Part shown: positions 47,702 to 57,701 of the stretch, piece after piece
Position numbering within the stretch: position 1 is the first letter of the stretch
Layout of the letters: each line of letters opens with the position of its first letter
DNA from: a virus
IMG/VR virus record: IMGVR_UViG_3300025769_000077
Location: 1 to 64,000 of that record
Direction: 5' to 3' (one strand)
DNA length: 64,000 bases
Made by a program: the position numbers and the translations under genes
The notes under the pieces: model-generated
Databases searched by the model: none
The model's input: only the letters and a program-made list of their open reading frames with translations
What the model was told of the DNA's origin: nothing

Positions 47702-48614
47702 GTGGTCAGGACCTATCTTTTACGAGATATTAGAAGGAAATATGAAAGATCCTTCTAAGTTGGTTATTAAAGCATTTGACTTTAGATTAATGGATATTGG
47801 TACTTCAGGATATACAGAGTATGAAACTGATGCTGATTTAGGTATGTTTATGTTTGATAATAATTACGTAGATAATATTAAGATGGGTCATATGCACTCT
47901 CATCATACTATGAAAGCTTACTTTTCTGGTACAGATAATGGAGAATTAATTGACAACGCACCTAACCATAACATCTACTTAAGTCTTATTGTAAATAATA
48001 AGATGGAAAACGTAGCAAGAATTGCTTATGTTGTTAAATCAAATATAGGTGGAACAGTAACAGTAAAAGATATAGATGGTTCTGATTTAGTTCAAGGATA
48101 TCAAGACGAAGATTACATTGAGTATTTAGATGCTGATATTGAATATGAGCAACCTACAATGGATTTTACAGATCTTGAAGCAAGAATTAAAGAATTACGT
48201 CCTAAACCTAAATCTTATGGTACTTTTATAACACCTGGAAAACATCGTCAAAGTGTATATGGTTTACAACAAACTTTAAAAGATACTCCTGGATTTGAAA
48301 TTGATAAGACTATAAAACTTAAACAATTTGTATCTAAGTTTCTTAAAGGAGTGAGTTTTAGTGGTACACTACAAGACGCAATGAGAGAATTAGCTCTAGC
48401 TTATCCTAGTTCTACTAGTTTTACTCCTTATGTGGAAAAACAACATAGAGAAGGATTTGGTAGAAGAGCTTATGAAACAGTATTTGGATTACCTTATAAA
48501 CAACAAGAGTATTACATAATTTTACTTGAAGCTATAATGATGATGGATGATTTAACTTATTGTCAATATCATTTTAACATGTTAATGTCTTGTTTTGAAT
48601 CATTTACAGACTAA
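47538..48614 (+). CDS. JAB/MPN metalloprotease (deubiquitinase-like)
   Basis: EWSG..GHMHSHHTMKAYFSGTD JAMM motif. Confidence 0.85.
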   Translation: MLQEQLKQESSLKESKIPSTPALRLVNSGKKFKLVISQELKLTIEKLCKEISHIEWSGPIFYEILEGNMKDPSKLVIKAFDFRLMDIGTSGYTEYETDADLGMFMFDNNYVDNIKMGHMHSHHTMKAYFSGTDNGELIDNAPNHNIYLSLIVNNKMENVARIAYVVKSNIGGTVTVKDIDGSDLVQGYQDEDYIEYLDADIEYEQPTMDFTDLEARIKELRPKPKSYGTFITPGKHRQSVYGLQQTLKDTPGFEIDKTIKLKQFVSKFLKGVSFSGTLQDAMRELALAYPSSTSFTPYVEKQHREGFGRRAYETVFGLPYKQQEYYIILLEAIMMMDDLTYCQYHFNMLMSCFESFTD

Positions 48615-49276
48615 TGAGTAGATTTGAAAGATTTAAAGAAGCAGCATGGTTCGGTATGAACGAATTACCTGTTGTTGTAGGTGGAGTAGGTGGAATCGGT
48701 TCTTGGGTAGCTTTATTGTTATCCAGAACCGGTTGTAACCTTATAATCTATGATATGGATATTGTAGAAGAAATAAATATGGCAGGACAATTATACAGTA
48801 CAGATAGTATAGATCAGTTAAAAATAGATGCTGTTACAGATATTGTAGATAAATTTAGTCCTGGCACTGAAATCGATTCTTTTGAAGAATACGATGAAGA
48901 AGGAATGGTAACTCCTATTATGTTTTCTTGTTTTGATAATATGAAAGCTAGAAAGCAAATGTTTGAAAACTGGAAGAAACAAGAAGATAGAGAGTTATTT
49001 ATAGACGGTAGACTTTTAGCTGAACATTATCAAGTGTTTGCTGTAAGAAAAAGTCAAGAAAAAGAATACGAAAAACACTTATTTTCTGATGATGAAGTAG
49101 AAGAAGCTCCTTGTTCGTATAAACAAACTTCACATTATGCTGCAGGAATTGCATCTAAAATGGTTGCTTGTTATACAAATTACTTAGCTTTAAAAGCAGA
49201 AGATGAAACTGCTGAAGTTCCTTTCTATCATGAGTTTATGGGTAAAATATTTTATTTAGAATGTTATTACGTATAA
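48614..49276 (+). CDS. ThiF/E1-like adenylating enzyme
   Basis: GGVGGIGS, YDMDIVEEINMAGQ, CFDNMKAR, IDGR, candidate catalytic Cys in APCSYK. Confidence 0.9.
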   Translation: MSRFERFKEAAWFGMNELPVVVGGVGGIGSWVALLLSRTGCNLIIYDMDIVEEINMAGQLYSTDSIDQLKIDAVTDIVDKFSPGTEIDSFEEYDEEGMVTPIMFSCFDNMKARKQMFENWKKQEDRELFIDGRLLAEHYQVFAVRKSQEKEYEKHLFSDDEVEEAPCSYKQTSHYAAGIASKMVACYTNYLALKAEDETAEVPFYHEFMGKIFYLECYYV

Positions 49277-49839
49277 ATAATAGTAACTATTCAAATATTG
49301 ATAGCAATACTTATTCTTTATGTAATTTTGCATTAAAACCTACAGATGATTATATTCCTTTACATTATCTAGTTAACATAGTGAATTTAAAGAGTAATCA
49401 TCACATAATTAACGTAGTTAAGCGTATTATTCCTTGTATATTTTCAATATCTGCAGTTGATTCTATGATTAACTTACATTATATGTATGCTCCTTTTAAT
49501 TATACAGTTAAAAATGTAAATTATAACGTTAATCCTGGTTTAATATTTGACAACAATGATAACATTATTGCATTAACTGTTGTAAAGAACATAGAAAACT
49601 TCTATAAAAAAACAGAATACACAATTCTTTTAAATGATGAAGTAGGTAAATCTATGATAAGCAGATTAATCAATAAAATGAAATCTAATATATTAACAGG
49701 AAAAGTAGTTATTGAGTATAAAACTCAAGAAGAATTGAATTTATTTAAAAAGTTACCAGAGAAAGTTAAGATAAACACATTAAAACAAAAACAAGAATAT
49801 GCTGAAAAGCTAAAATCATATGCATTCAGGAATAGTTGA
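49261..49839 (+). CDS. Hypothetical protein coupled to E1
   Basis: Overlaps E1 stop. Confidence 0.55.
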   Translation: MLLRINNSNYSNIDSNTYSLCNFALKPTDDYIPLHYLVNIVNLKSNHHIINVVKRIIPCIFSISAVDSMINLHYMYAPFNYTVKNVNYNVNPGLIFDNNDNIIALTVVKNIENFYKKTEYTILLNDEVGKSMISRLINKMKSNILTGKVVIEYKTQEELNLFKKLPEKVKINTLKQKQEYAEKLKSYAFRNS

Positions 49840-50386
49840 AAAGGGTGAAGGGTACGTTAAAATCACGTACCCTTTATATCCTGTCCACGTTCAAATTAAT
49901 GAACCTAAAAAAAACACTACTAAGAAAAAGTTTAAAAAAGTAAGTGGACAAAACATTTATTCACAAGGATCTCCTTTCTTTAGAAAGATAATAGTGCAAA
50001 AAATGCACGAATTCCTTTCTAACATAGAGAAGTTTGATTTGAGTTCATATCCAGTAGAAATAGAAATGGAATGGCACATGATACCGAACTTTCAAAGTAT
50101 AAGAATGATTGGGGAAAAACTATCATTAGGTAAACAAAAAGATCACTACAAACCTACATTTGATTGTATCAATCAATGGTTATGGGTGAAAACCTTTGAA
50201 GATGTCCTTGTTAAAGATTTAGAAATTTTACAGGATGATAATGTATCTTTTATATCATCAAGTGGTAAGATAACATTTGTACCTGTAGAAGAGTATGAAG
50301 ATCGTAAATTGGTATTTATTATTAAAGAAAGTGATTTAGAAACAAGAGAAAAATGGTTAAATTTGTTCAACTATGAGTATGACTAA
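49820..50386 (+). CDS. RusA-like Holliday junction resolvase
   Basis: FDCINQ..KTFEDVL..ILQDDNV pattern. Confidence 0.6.
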   Translation: MHSGIVEKGEGYVKITYPLYPVHVQINEPKKNTTKKKFKKVSGQNIYSQGSPFFRKIIVQKMHEFLSNIEKFDLSSYPVEIEMEWHMIPNFQSIRMIGEKLSLGKQKDHYKPTFDCINQWLWVKTFEDVLVKDLEILQDDNVSFISSSGKITFVPVEEYEDRKLVFIIKESDLETREKWLNLFNYEYD

Positions 50387-50448
50387 AAGACTTATTGAGT
50401 TAATAGAGTCAGGACTCAGTGAGAGAGAAGCAGTAAATAAATTATATA

Positions 50449-51378
50449 ATGACCGATTATCGAAAAGTAGACGCGCTGAATCAAAGCAGTCTAAAATTAC
50501 TACAAGCAGATCAGGATCCTTTGCTATTCAAAAAAGAACGAGATCCTAGTATCGCACCATGGTTTATATTTGGACAACTAGTTGATGTCCTTTTATTAGA
50601 ACCAGACAATTTTACAGATTATTTTTTTACCTGTAAAGATTATGAAGTACCTTCAGATACAATTAGAAAGATTGTAGATAATGTTTATGCTAATTCACCA
50701 GAAGGTGAATTGAAAGATAAAGATATAGATACAGTACTTAATAATATCGATTGGTATAACAATTGGAAACCTGCAACTAGAAAGAAGAAAGTTATTGATG
50801 AAGGAACTACTTATTTCAACAATTTGAAAAGTGGTAAACTTATAGTTAAAGCTTCTGAAGTAAGATATGCAGGACAGTGTGTTGAGAAAATTAAATCAAA
50901 TCCTTATTGCTCTAGTTTATTGAATTCATTTGAACCTAAAGTTCAGATATATTTCAATTATAGAGATATAGATTGTAAAGCGGAACTTGATTTTATAGTA
51001 AGAATCAACAATACAATAATACCTGTTGATGTTAAAACAACAAGTAAAGGTATTTATGACTTTAAGTATAGTTTCTATAAATATAGATACGATGTACAAG
51101 CAGCATTCTACACCTTAGCATTGGAAAAACAATTTCCTGATGCTATAATTGCACCTTATGTTTTTATTGTGGTAGATAAAGATACACAGGATGTAATGGT
51201 CTTTGAAACAACAAAGAATGTTATTAAAGGTGGTAAAGAAGGATTCATGTCTAAAACCGGTAAAATATATGAAGGTTACGACAAAATGATTGACAGATAT
51301 ATATTTCATGAAGAGTTTGGATATGATTATCCAATGGAGTATATGGTCAATGGTGTTAGTACAATTGATTTAATATGA
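50449..51378 (+). CDS. PD-(D/E)XK exonuclease (DUF3799/RecE-like)
   Basis: LNQSSLK, KAELD, VDVKTT, YDVQAAFY. Confidence 0.8.
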   Translation: MTDYRKVDALNQSSLKLLQADQDPLLFKKERDPSIAPWFIFGQLVDVLLLEPDNFTDYFFTCKDYEVPSDTIRKIVDNVYANSPEGELKDKDIDTVLNNIDWYNNWKPATRKKKVIDEGTTYFNNLKSGKLIVKASEVRYAGQCVEKIKSNPYCSSLLNSFEPKVQIYFNYRDIDCKAELDFIVRINNTIIPVDVKTTSKGIYDFKYSFYKYRYDVQAAFYTLALEKQFPDAIIAPYVFIVVDKDTQDVMVFETTKNVIKGGKEGFMSKTGKIYEGYDKMIDRYIFHEEFGYDYPMEYMVNGVSTIDLI

Positions 51379-51905
51379 GAAGAACTAAAACTTATGGATT
51401 TTTACTACCTTTATTAAAAATAAGTAAATTATCTTTTCAAAACAGGGTAATAAATGCTTATTTAGGAGATGATGAGTTCGACGGAGATCCTACTTATCGT
51501 ATTTTTGTAGTTCACAGTAACTACCAAGATTCAAAGTTTTCCGAATGGGAAAACCAATTAATGAATTTAGATCATATTGTAGCAAGCTATGATATAAATG
51601 AATCACAACAGTGTGTCAAAGTATTTGACATACCTGAAGAATTCCATAGGGATTATGAAAAGTTTTTATCGGGGAAATATTCTGAAATGTCTTTAGCTGC
51701 ACAGAAAACAGTTGAATCATTTCATGGGGATAAATTCTATACAATGGTCTTTACTAAAGACCCTAAAAGAAAAGCTTATGTAGAAGCTTTAATAGGACAA
51801 AAAATAGGAAAACAAGAAGTACACAGTATACCCAATATACAACAAGAGACTCTAGATAAAGAAAAGAAAACAAAAATTAAAAATATATCACATGTTAAGT
51901 CATGA
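51375..51905 (+). CDS. Conserved hypothetical protein
   Basis: FLLPLL..NAYL..FLSGKYSEM. Confidence 0.6.
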   Translation: MRRTKTYGFLLPLLKISKLSFQNRVINAYLGDDEFDGDPTYRIFVVHSNYQDSKFSEWENQLMNLDHIVASYDINESQQCVKVFDIPEEFHRDYEKFLSGKYSEMSLAAQKTVESFHGDKFYTMVFTKDPKRKAYVEALIGQKIGKQEVHSIPNIQQETLDKEKKTKIKNISHVKS

Positions 51906-52602
51906 ATTTTATGAAAACAAGATTCATAAGAATTGGTTGTCTAAATACGATGACTTCTTCTTAGGTGACGACATGCAAAAAGCATTTAAAGACGTTGTAA
52001 CGGACGCAAAACAGTTTAAGATATATCCAAAGTCATTGGATATGTTTAACGCGTTTAAATACGATCCTAACAACGTTAAAGTCGTAATCTTAGGACAAGA
52101 CCCTTATCATAATTTTATGAATGGTAAAGCAGTAGCTCATGGTCTTTCCTTTTCGTATAAAAAAGCTTCTAATATAGATGCATACGAACCACCTTCTCTT
52201 CGTAATATACTTAGAGAAGTAGAAACAGATATTTATGATGGTATGCAATTAGTACCTGGAGATACTAATTTAACAAGGTGGGCTGAACAAGGAGTATTAC
52301 TTCTTAATACAGCATTAACCGTAAGAGCAGGTCAAGCAGGAAGTCATACAAATATTTGGAAAAAACCTATAAAGTTATTTATAGAACAATTTTCTAAAGA
52401 TAATCCACATGTTATATGGATGTTATGGGGAAATCATGCTAAATCATTTAAGGATATAATTACACCTGGTCATATACTTGAATCAGGTCATCCTTCTCCT
52501 TTATCAGCTAATAAAGGATTATGGTTTGGTAATAAGCATTTCAGTAAAGCAAATGATATAATAGAAAAGCAAAATGGAAAAGATTACATTATTAAGTGGT
52601 AG
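51892..52602 (+). CDS. ung: Uracil-DNA glycosylase, family 1
   Basis: VKVVILGQDPYH, PPSLRNI, QGVLLLNTALT, HPSPLS. Confidence 0.95.
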   Translation: MLSHEFYENKIHKNWLSKYDDFFLGDDMQKAFKDVVTDAKQFKIYPKSLDMFNAFKYDPNNVKVVILGQDPYHNFMNGKAVAHGLSFSYKKASNIDAYEPPSLRNILREVETDIYDGMQLVPGDTNLTRWAEQGVLLLNTALTVRAGQAGSHTNIWKKPIKLFIEQFSKDNPHVIWMLWGNHAKSFKDIITPGHILESGHPSPLSANKGLWFGNKHFSKANDIIEKQNGKDYIIKW

Positions 52603-52936
52603 TGAATTAGTATTTGACAAACACATTACTCTCGTTGACAAGAACAACAACAAGACTAATTTAGGTTTTATTACCGGTGATACTTATTTTAAAAATGAAA
52701 AAGAATCTGGTAAACTTAAAAGACCTACTCTTGCTTGGACTGTATTAATGGAGATATATGAGAAGGTAAATCGTGTAGTATACGTTACTGATAAGTACAC
52801 ATATACTTTTGATAAACCAGCTCATGATAATCCTATTATTAGAACATATCAAGGAGAGAGAAAAATAGTAATTCCAATTAAAAATTTTAAAGTAGAAGAC
52901 AATGTTAAGGAAGCAAGTACAAGTAGTCAAGGTTAA
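52574..52936 (+). CDS. Hypothetical protein
   Basis: ORF. Confidence 0.55.
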   Translation: MEKITLLSGSELVFDKHITLVDKNNNKTNLGFITGDTYFKNEKESGKLKRPTLAWTVLMEIYEKVNRVVYVTDKYTYTFDKPAHDNPIIRTYQGERKIVIPIKNFKVEDNVKEASTSSQG

Positions 52937-53120
52937 TACCATGGCTGATGGAACAGTTCGTCTAACCATAGACTTATTAAGTGGTGATGGAGATGACATG
53001 AAAACAGCTTATGAGATGATTAATGAGGGAGAAGTAACAATGATACTTACTCCTACTGAAACATTACCTCAAGCTATTATTGATGTAGGAAGAAGTTTAA
53101 GTGATGAAGAATCACACTAA
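52902..53120 (+). CDS. Hypothetical protein
   Basis: TMADGTVRLTIDL motif. Confidence 0.55.
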   Translation: MLRKQVQVVKVNTMADGTVRLTIDLLSGDGDDMKTAYEMINEGEVTMILTPTETLPQAIIDVGRSLSDEESH

Positions 53121-53376
53121 GTTATACCTAGATACGTTTAATTATTCAACTGCAGATTGGATTCCGTGCGAAATGTGCGGATCCACTGCTGTTGATATTC
53201 ATCACATCGATGCAAGAGGACAAGGTGGAGATCCACAAGGTAAAAAAGATGTTATAGAAAATCTTATGGCAGTTTGTAGAAATTGTCACATCAAATATGG
53301 TGATAAAAAACAGTATAAACAATTATTAAAAGAAGTACATGGGAAATTCATGGAGAAGAAAATACGCAGAAGCTAA
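53101..53376 (+). CDS. Small HNH endonuclease
   Basis: CEMC..DIHHI..NLMAVCRNCH. Confidence 0.85.
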   Translation: MMKNHTKLYLDTFNYSTADWIPCEMCGSTAVDIHHIDARGQGGDPQGKKDVIENLMAVCRNCHIKYGDKKQYKQLLKEVHGKFMEKKIRRS

Positions 53377-53432
53377 GAAAAAGTTTACGCGTGAGAATCG
53401 TGGTAGAAAAATAGTAATGAAAAAAGACAGAG

Positions 53433-53756
53433 ATGATAACAGCCAAGGATCCAAACAATTTAAAGTGGGTGGTTAATTTTAACCATCTTACTGATAGACA
53501 AAAAGCTGTAGTTGCTTACTATAATGCTATTGTACATTTTATGGGAAATACTCCTAATGATTCTACTTTAGGAGCTAAAATAAGAACATTATTTCAAGAA
53601 AAAGATGTAGTGGTATTAGGAAATAATTTATATAAAGAAAGTAAAACTCCTTGTACTTGTGAATGTCATTCATCTAATGAAACAATTGTTCATTTTACAG
53701 CATGTTGTAACAATGAAGAAGTAGTTACTTATTTACCTTTAAATGAAATAATATGA
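53433..53756 (+). CDS. Hypothetical protein with Cys/His cluster
   Basis: CTCECH..HFTACC. Confidence 0.55.
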   Translation: MITAKDPNNLKWVVNFNHLTDRQKAVVAYYNAIVHFMGNTPNDSTLGAKIRTLFQEKDVVVLGNNLYKESKTPCTCECHSSNETIVHFTACCNNEEVVTYLPLNEII

Positions 53757-54136
53757 AAAAAATATACTTAGCAATACCTTATACTGGTATGGAAGAATCT
53801 GCTTATAAACAAGCAACTGAGATTACAGCATTGTTACTTAAATTAGGTAACTTAAATGTATTTAGTCCTATTACTCATTCACACCCTTTACATGCTGATT
53901 ACGGAGTAGAAGGTACATGGGATTTTTGGTCTAAGATTGATTACCAATTTATAGATTGGTGTGACGAAGTATGGGTAGTTCACCCTAGAGAAGGTTTATC
54001 TAAAGTATTTTCATCTACCGGTGTAACAGCTGAAGTTAAATATGCAGAAGAGAACAATAAACCTGTAAAGGTATTACACATAGAAACAGTAATTGAAATG
54101 CTTAGAATTAAAGAACAAATTGAACAAGATGAGTAA
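53753..54136 (+). CDS. DUF1937 / deoxyribosyltransferase-like protein
   Basis: IYLAIPYT, VFSPITHSH, WCDEVWV, STGVTAEVKYA. Confidence 0.75.
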   Translation: MKKIYLAIPYTGMEESAYKQATEITALLLKLGNLNVFSPITHSHPLHADYGVEGTWDFWSKIDYQFIDWCDEVWVVHPREGLSKVFSSTGVTAEVKYAEENNKPVKVLHIETVIEMLRIKEQIEQDE

Positions 54137-54440
54137 AGGAAGTAGATTCAATATTAATAAACCTAAATACTCTATTCTTAGTTTAAAAGAGTTAGAACCA
54201 GGTGTAAGAGTATTGGAATTTGGTGCAGAAAAATATTCAAGAGACAATTGGAAAAAAGGATTAAAGTTTTCTGAAATACTTGATTCTATGATGAGACATA
54301 TTTCTGCATTACAATCTGGTGAATGGTTTGACCAAGAATCAAAATTACCTCACATTGGTCACATCCAATGTAATGCTTTATTTTTGGGTTGCAAGAATAA
54401 CACGATAGATTTAAAATTTGAAGATGGAAACAGTATATAA
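54129..54440 (+). CDS. dATP/dGTP diphosphohydrolase-domain protein (DUF5664-like)
   Basis: VLEFGAEKYSRDNWKKG..SMMRH..DQESKLPHIGHIQCN. Confidence 0.8.
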   Translation: MSKGSRFNINKPKYSILSLKELEPGVRVLEFGAEKYSRDNWKKGLKFSEILDSMMRHISALQSGEWFDQESKLPHIGHIQCNALFLGCKNNTIDLKFEDGNSI

Positions 54441-54522
54441 ACGGGATAGTAAGGGTAAACTACGTTATCTTAAGGTTTATACAGAAGTGGTGAACAACAT
54501 GGTATGCTATCAAGGTAAATAG
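54424..54522 (+). pseudogene. Possible remnant of an ATP-dependent DNA ligase N-terminus
   Basis: METVYKRDSKGKLRYL resembles the N-terminal module of phage DNA ligases; stops after 32 aa. Confidence 0.4.
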
Positions 54523-54529
54523 ATTTTTT

Positions 54530-55393
54530 ATGAATTACAAACATCAAAAAACAAAAACACTTACAATTAAAAATAATGGTAGGAGTAGCGATTTTGTTAC
54601 TCCTAATTTTATACTAGGTTGTGAAGGCGGATGTCAGTATTGTTACGTAGAAAGATGGAATAGACCATCTATTTACTTTAACAGTAACGTTGATCAAATA
54701 CTTCAGAGTATTAAAACTCATAGTGAGAGTTTAAGTCAAAAGCAACCAAATCAAGTAGATCCTAAATACTGGACTTACGATATTGGTTGTTCAACTGATG
54801 TTACTCTTTATTGGAATAAATATCCATTTGATAAAATTCTTAAGTACTTTAGGGATAATGGAATAAAATCTACATTCGCTACTAAGTATGTGAACAAGAA
54901 GATGTTAAGAGAAGCTCAAGCTAATGAGCAAAATCGAATAAGATTCAGTTTATCTCATGAACGTGTAAGAATGGGACTTGAACCTAAAACTACATCTATT
55001 CCATTACGTATTGATGCTGTAAATTATGCAGTTGAGCATGGTTGGGATACTCATCTTAATTTTAGTCCTATTGTTTACTTTTCGGGTTGGTTAGATCTTT
55101 ATCGAGAATTGTTTATAGATCTCGATAGAAATGTTATTAACAAGAAGAATGTAAAATGCGAATGTATTTTTCTTACTCATCATAAAGGACTTCATGAAAG
55201 AAACATTTTAGATCCTCAAAAAGCAAAATTTGAATCTGTTTTATGGAACGAGTCTATTCAACAAAATAAAGTTTCAAATTATGGTGGAGAAAATGTTCGA
55301 TACAAGTACATCTTAAAAAATGAGATGATTGAAGAATTTAAATTTCTTCATCAAGAACTTATACCATGGTGTGAAATAAGATACATTTTTTAA
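54530..55393 (+). CDS. Spore photoproduct lyase-like radical SAM enzyme
   Basis: GCEGGCQYCY CxxxCxxC, YDIGCSTD, FATKYVN, RIRFSL, HLNFSP. Confidence 0.8.
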   Translation: MNYKHQKTKTLTIKNNGRSSDFVTPNFILGCEGGCQYCYVERWNRPSIYFNSNVDQILQSIKTHSESLSQKQPNQVDPKYWTYDIGCSTDVTLYWNKYPFDKILKYFRDNGIKSTFATKYVNKKMLREAQANEQNRIRFSLSHERVRMGLEPKTTSIPLRIDAVNYAVEHGWDTHLNFSPIVYFSGWLDLYRELFIDLDRNVINKKNVKCECIFLTHHKGLHERNILDPQKAKFESVLWNESIQQNKVSNYGGENVRYKYILKNEMIEEFKFLHQELIPWCEIRYIF

Positions 55394-55420
55394 TGAAATT
55401 TTAATTAAGAGCTGAGATAG

Positions 55421-55603
55421 ATGAACGCTTATAAACTTAATTCTAAATCTAATTACTACATAAGATCTCTAATATGTAAACATTTTAACATTGGATTTTC
55501 TGAAGTCTATAGACAAATTAAAAGTATTGAAGTTAAAGAAGACATAATTGTAGAAACTAAAGACTTTGGTAAATACAAATTAATGTTAGAAAGATATGAG
55601 TAA
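55421..55603 (+). CDS. Hypothetical protein
   Basis: ORF. Confidence 0.45.
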   Translation: MNAYKLNSKSNYYIRSLICKHFNIGFSEVYRQIKSIEVKEDIIVETKDFGKYKLMLERYE

Positions 55604-55808
55604 AAGAGTACTAATTAAAGTACAAAATCCTGATAATAATCCTCCTCCAAAGAAGGGTTATTACCAAGGTATTGTAACAGTAGGTGATAAAAAATCTGTA
55701 GAAACAGTATATTGGACCGGTAAGATATTCACTCAAGAAGAGTGGAAGTCATGTAAAGTTATAGGATGGTTTAATGCTAGTGATATATTAGAAAAATATG
55801 CACCTTAA
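55596..55808 (+). CDS. Hypothetical protein (DUF551-like)
   Basis: PPKKGYY..YWTGK..VIGW. Confidence 0.5.
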   Translation: MSKRVLIKVQNPDNNPPPKKGYYQGIVTVGDKKSVETVYWTGKIFTQEEWKSCKVIGWFNASDILEKYAP

Positions 55809-56028
55809 CGAAGAAATTCTATTTATGGCATTTAGATATGCTTTAGGTAGACAAACATATGTAGTCAGTGATGTAGTTGAAACAATTATTAGAAATTGGG
55901 ATGAATTATCATCTAATGTACAACGCAGGATTAAAATGGAGATAGAAGAAGCTATATCAAAGAATATGGCTGGTCATGAAATGGATGTAAAAGAATGGAA
56001 AAAAATATTGAAATGTATTTTAAAATAA
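55798..56028 (+). CDS. Conserved phage protein
   Basis: AFRYALGRQTY motif. Confidence 0.65.
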   Translation: MHLNEEILFMAFRYALGRQTYVVSDVVETIIRNWDELSSNVQRRIKMEIEEAISKNMAGHEMDVKEWKKILKCILK

Positions 56029-56146
56029 TAGCATCAATAATTATTTTAATATGTTATTTTTTAATAGTTTTTGATGTAAATATTGATACTGAAGAAGGTT
56101 TTATTATTTATTACACAGTTAATTTTAAACGTAAAAGTTACAAGTT

Positions 56147-56821
56147 ATGGTAATATGGCATATTAGTGATACACATGGAATGCATAATTATTTAACTGTT
56201 CCTAAAGGAATAGATATGATTATTCACAGTGGAGATGCTTCTAATTATATGGATCCTATTATAAATCACAATGAAATGTGGGATTTTAAAGAATGGTGGA
56301 ACAATTTAGAAGTAAAGTATAAGATCTATGTAGCAGGTAATCATGACACAAGTATTGAAAAAGGAATATTTAGTAAAAATAATTTAGAAAACAATGATAA
56401 TTCTTTTTATCTTGAAAACGATGAAGTAGAGATAGAAGGATTAAAATTTTATGGTAGTCCTTATCAACCTTTATTTGGTAATTGGTCATTTCAAAGAGCT
56501 GATAATAAGTTATTTAAGATGTGGGAAAATATACCGGAAGATACTGATATTCTTATTACACATGGACCACCTAAAGGTATACTTGACTTAGCTGAAAAAC
56601 CTAACCATACTTTAGAATACTGTGGAGATAAACATTTATTTAATAGAGTGATAAAAATTAAACCTAAATACCATCTATTTGGACATATACATAATAATGG
56701 AAACCAAATAAATGTTGGTAAAAGAGTTTACAATGATATTACTTTTGTTAATTCAGCAGCAGTTACAGATAGAAAATTTGATTTAGGTATAACTTATCAT
56801 GGAACAACAATAGAATTATGA
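56147..56821 (+). CDS. Metallophosphoesterase
   Basis: ISDTHG, HSGD, AGNHD, THGPP, FGHIH. Confidence 0.9.
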   Translation: MVIWHISDTHGMHNYLTVPKGIDMIIHSGDASNYMDPIINHNEMWDFKEWWNNLEVKYKIYVAGNHDTSIEKGIFSKNNLENNDNSFYLENDEVEIEGLKFYGSPYQPLFGNWSFQRADNKLFKMWENIPEDTDILITHGPPKGILDLAEKPNHTLEYCGDKHLFNRVIKIKPKYHLFGHIHNNGNQINVGKRVYNDITFVNSAAVTDRKFDLGITYHGTTIEL

Positions 56822-57123
56822 GTATAAAAAATATAGTAAAGTTTAAAAAGCTTTTAAAAGAAGATGAAGAAGCTAAAGAATTTAATGAAAAACTTTATAA
56901 AGACGAATCAAGTTTTTATATGGACTATTTACTAAAAGATACTGTACAATTTAGTTTATGTTACATAAAAAATTATCACACTTTAGTATTACATAATCGT
57001 TACTCTTCACTAATTATTTTAGATGAAGAAGATAAGCAGTATTTTTTAAAAAAATATGTGACTCCTAAAGTACTTGAGTATGAAAGATTACAGAAAAAAT
57101 TAAATGATTTGAATGAAGATTAA
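56818..57123 (+). CDS. Hypothetical protein
   Basis: ORF. Confidence 0.5.
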   Translation: MSIKNIVKFKKLLKEDEEAKEFNEKLYKDESSFYMDYLLKDTVQFSLCYIKNYHTLVLHNRYSSLIILDEEDKQYFLKKYVTPKVLEYERLQKKLNDLNED

Positions 57124-57126
57124 ATT

Positions 57127-57525
57127 ATGAAACAAACAGATTTAGAAGAAGTAAGAAAGTATAGGTTTTTTCAAGAATTTGATGAACCTATACTTTATGA
57201 ACCACATGATACAAATACAGGAGAATCTTTATTAATATATGGTATATTTCCTTATCACTCAGTTACTTTAATTGGAGATAAAGTTACTAACCACACTAGA
57301 GATGAATTTGCTGATATAGAATATCATTTAAGTAAGAATACTAAATATTTTATTACTAATAAATACTTAATAGTAGGAGATAAATATTGTATATATTGTC
57401 ATGATGGTCATGCTAGAAAAGGTGACTACACTAATATTAAAGATTATGACAATAGACATATAAGACCTATATATGTAGATGAAGATTGGAGTGAATATAA
57501 AAAGAAATTTAATTTAAAAAAATGA
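57127..57525 (+). CDS. Hypothetical protein
   Basis: ORF. Confidence 0.5.
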   Translation: MKQTDLEEVRKYRFFQEFDEPILYEPHDTNTGESLLIYGIFPYHSVTLIGDKVTNHTRDEFADIEYHLSKNTKYFITNKYLIVGDKYCIYCHDGHARKGDYTNIKDYDNRHIRPIYVDEDWSEYKKKFNLKK

Positions 57526-57701
57526 GAACAATTTTAATTTTAGTACTTTATTTATTCCTTATTATAGGAGAAATAAGATGTATTGTGAAAGCAATACAAT
57601 GTAACTGGGAACCAATTGGTAAAGCAGAAGTAATTTATACTGGAGCAGCTTTAACCGGATTAGGTTCAATTATAGGATGGTTTAATATTGAAGACAAATA
57701 A
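57522..57701 (+). CDS. Small membrane protein (59 aa)
   Basis: MRTILILVLYLFLIIGE..GLGSIIGWFNIEDK; fills gap, coupled at both ends. Confidence 0.55.
   Translation: MRTILILVLYLFLIIGEIRCIVKAIQCNWEPIGKAEVIYTGAALTGLGSIIGWFNIEDK

Noticed and set aside
48614-49276. ThiF/MoeB for cofactor biosynthesis
   Set aside because: No thiamine or molybdopterin genes adjacent; context is E2-like and JAB genes
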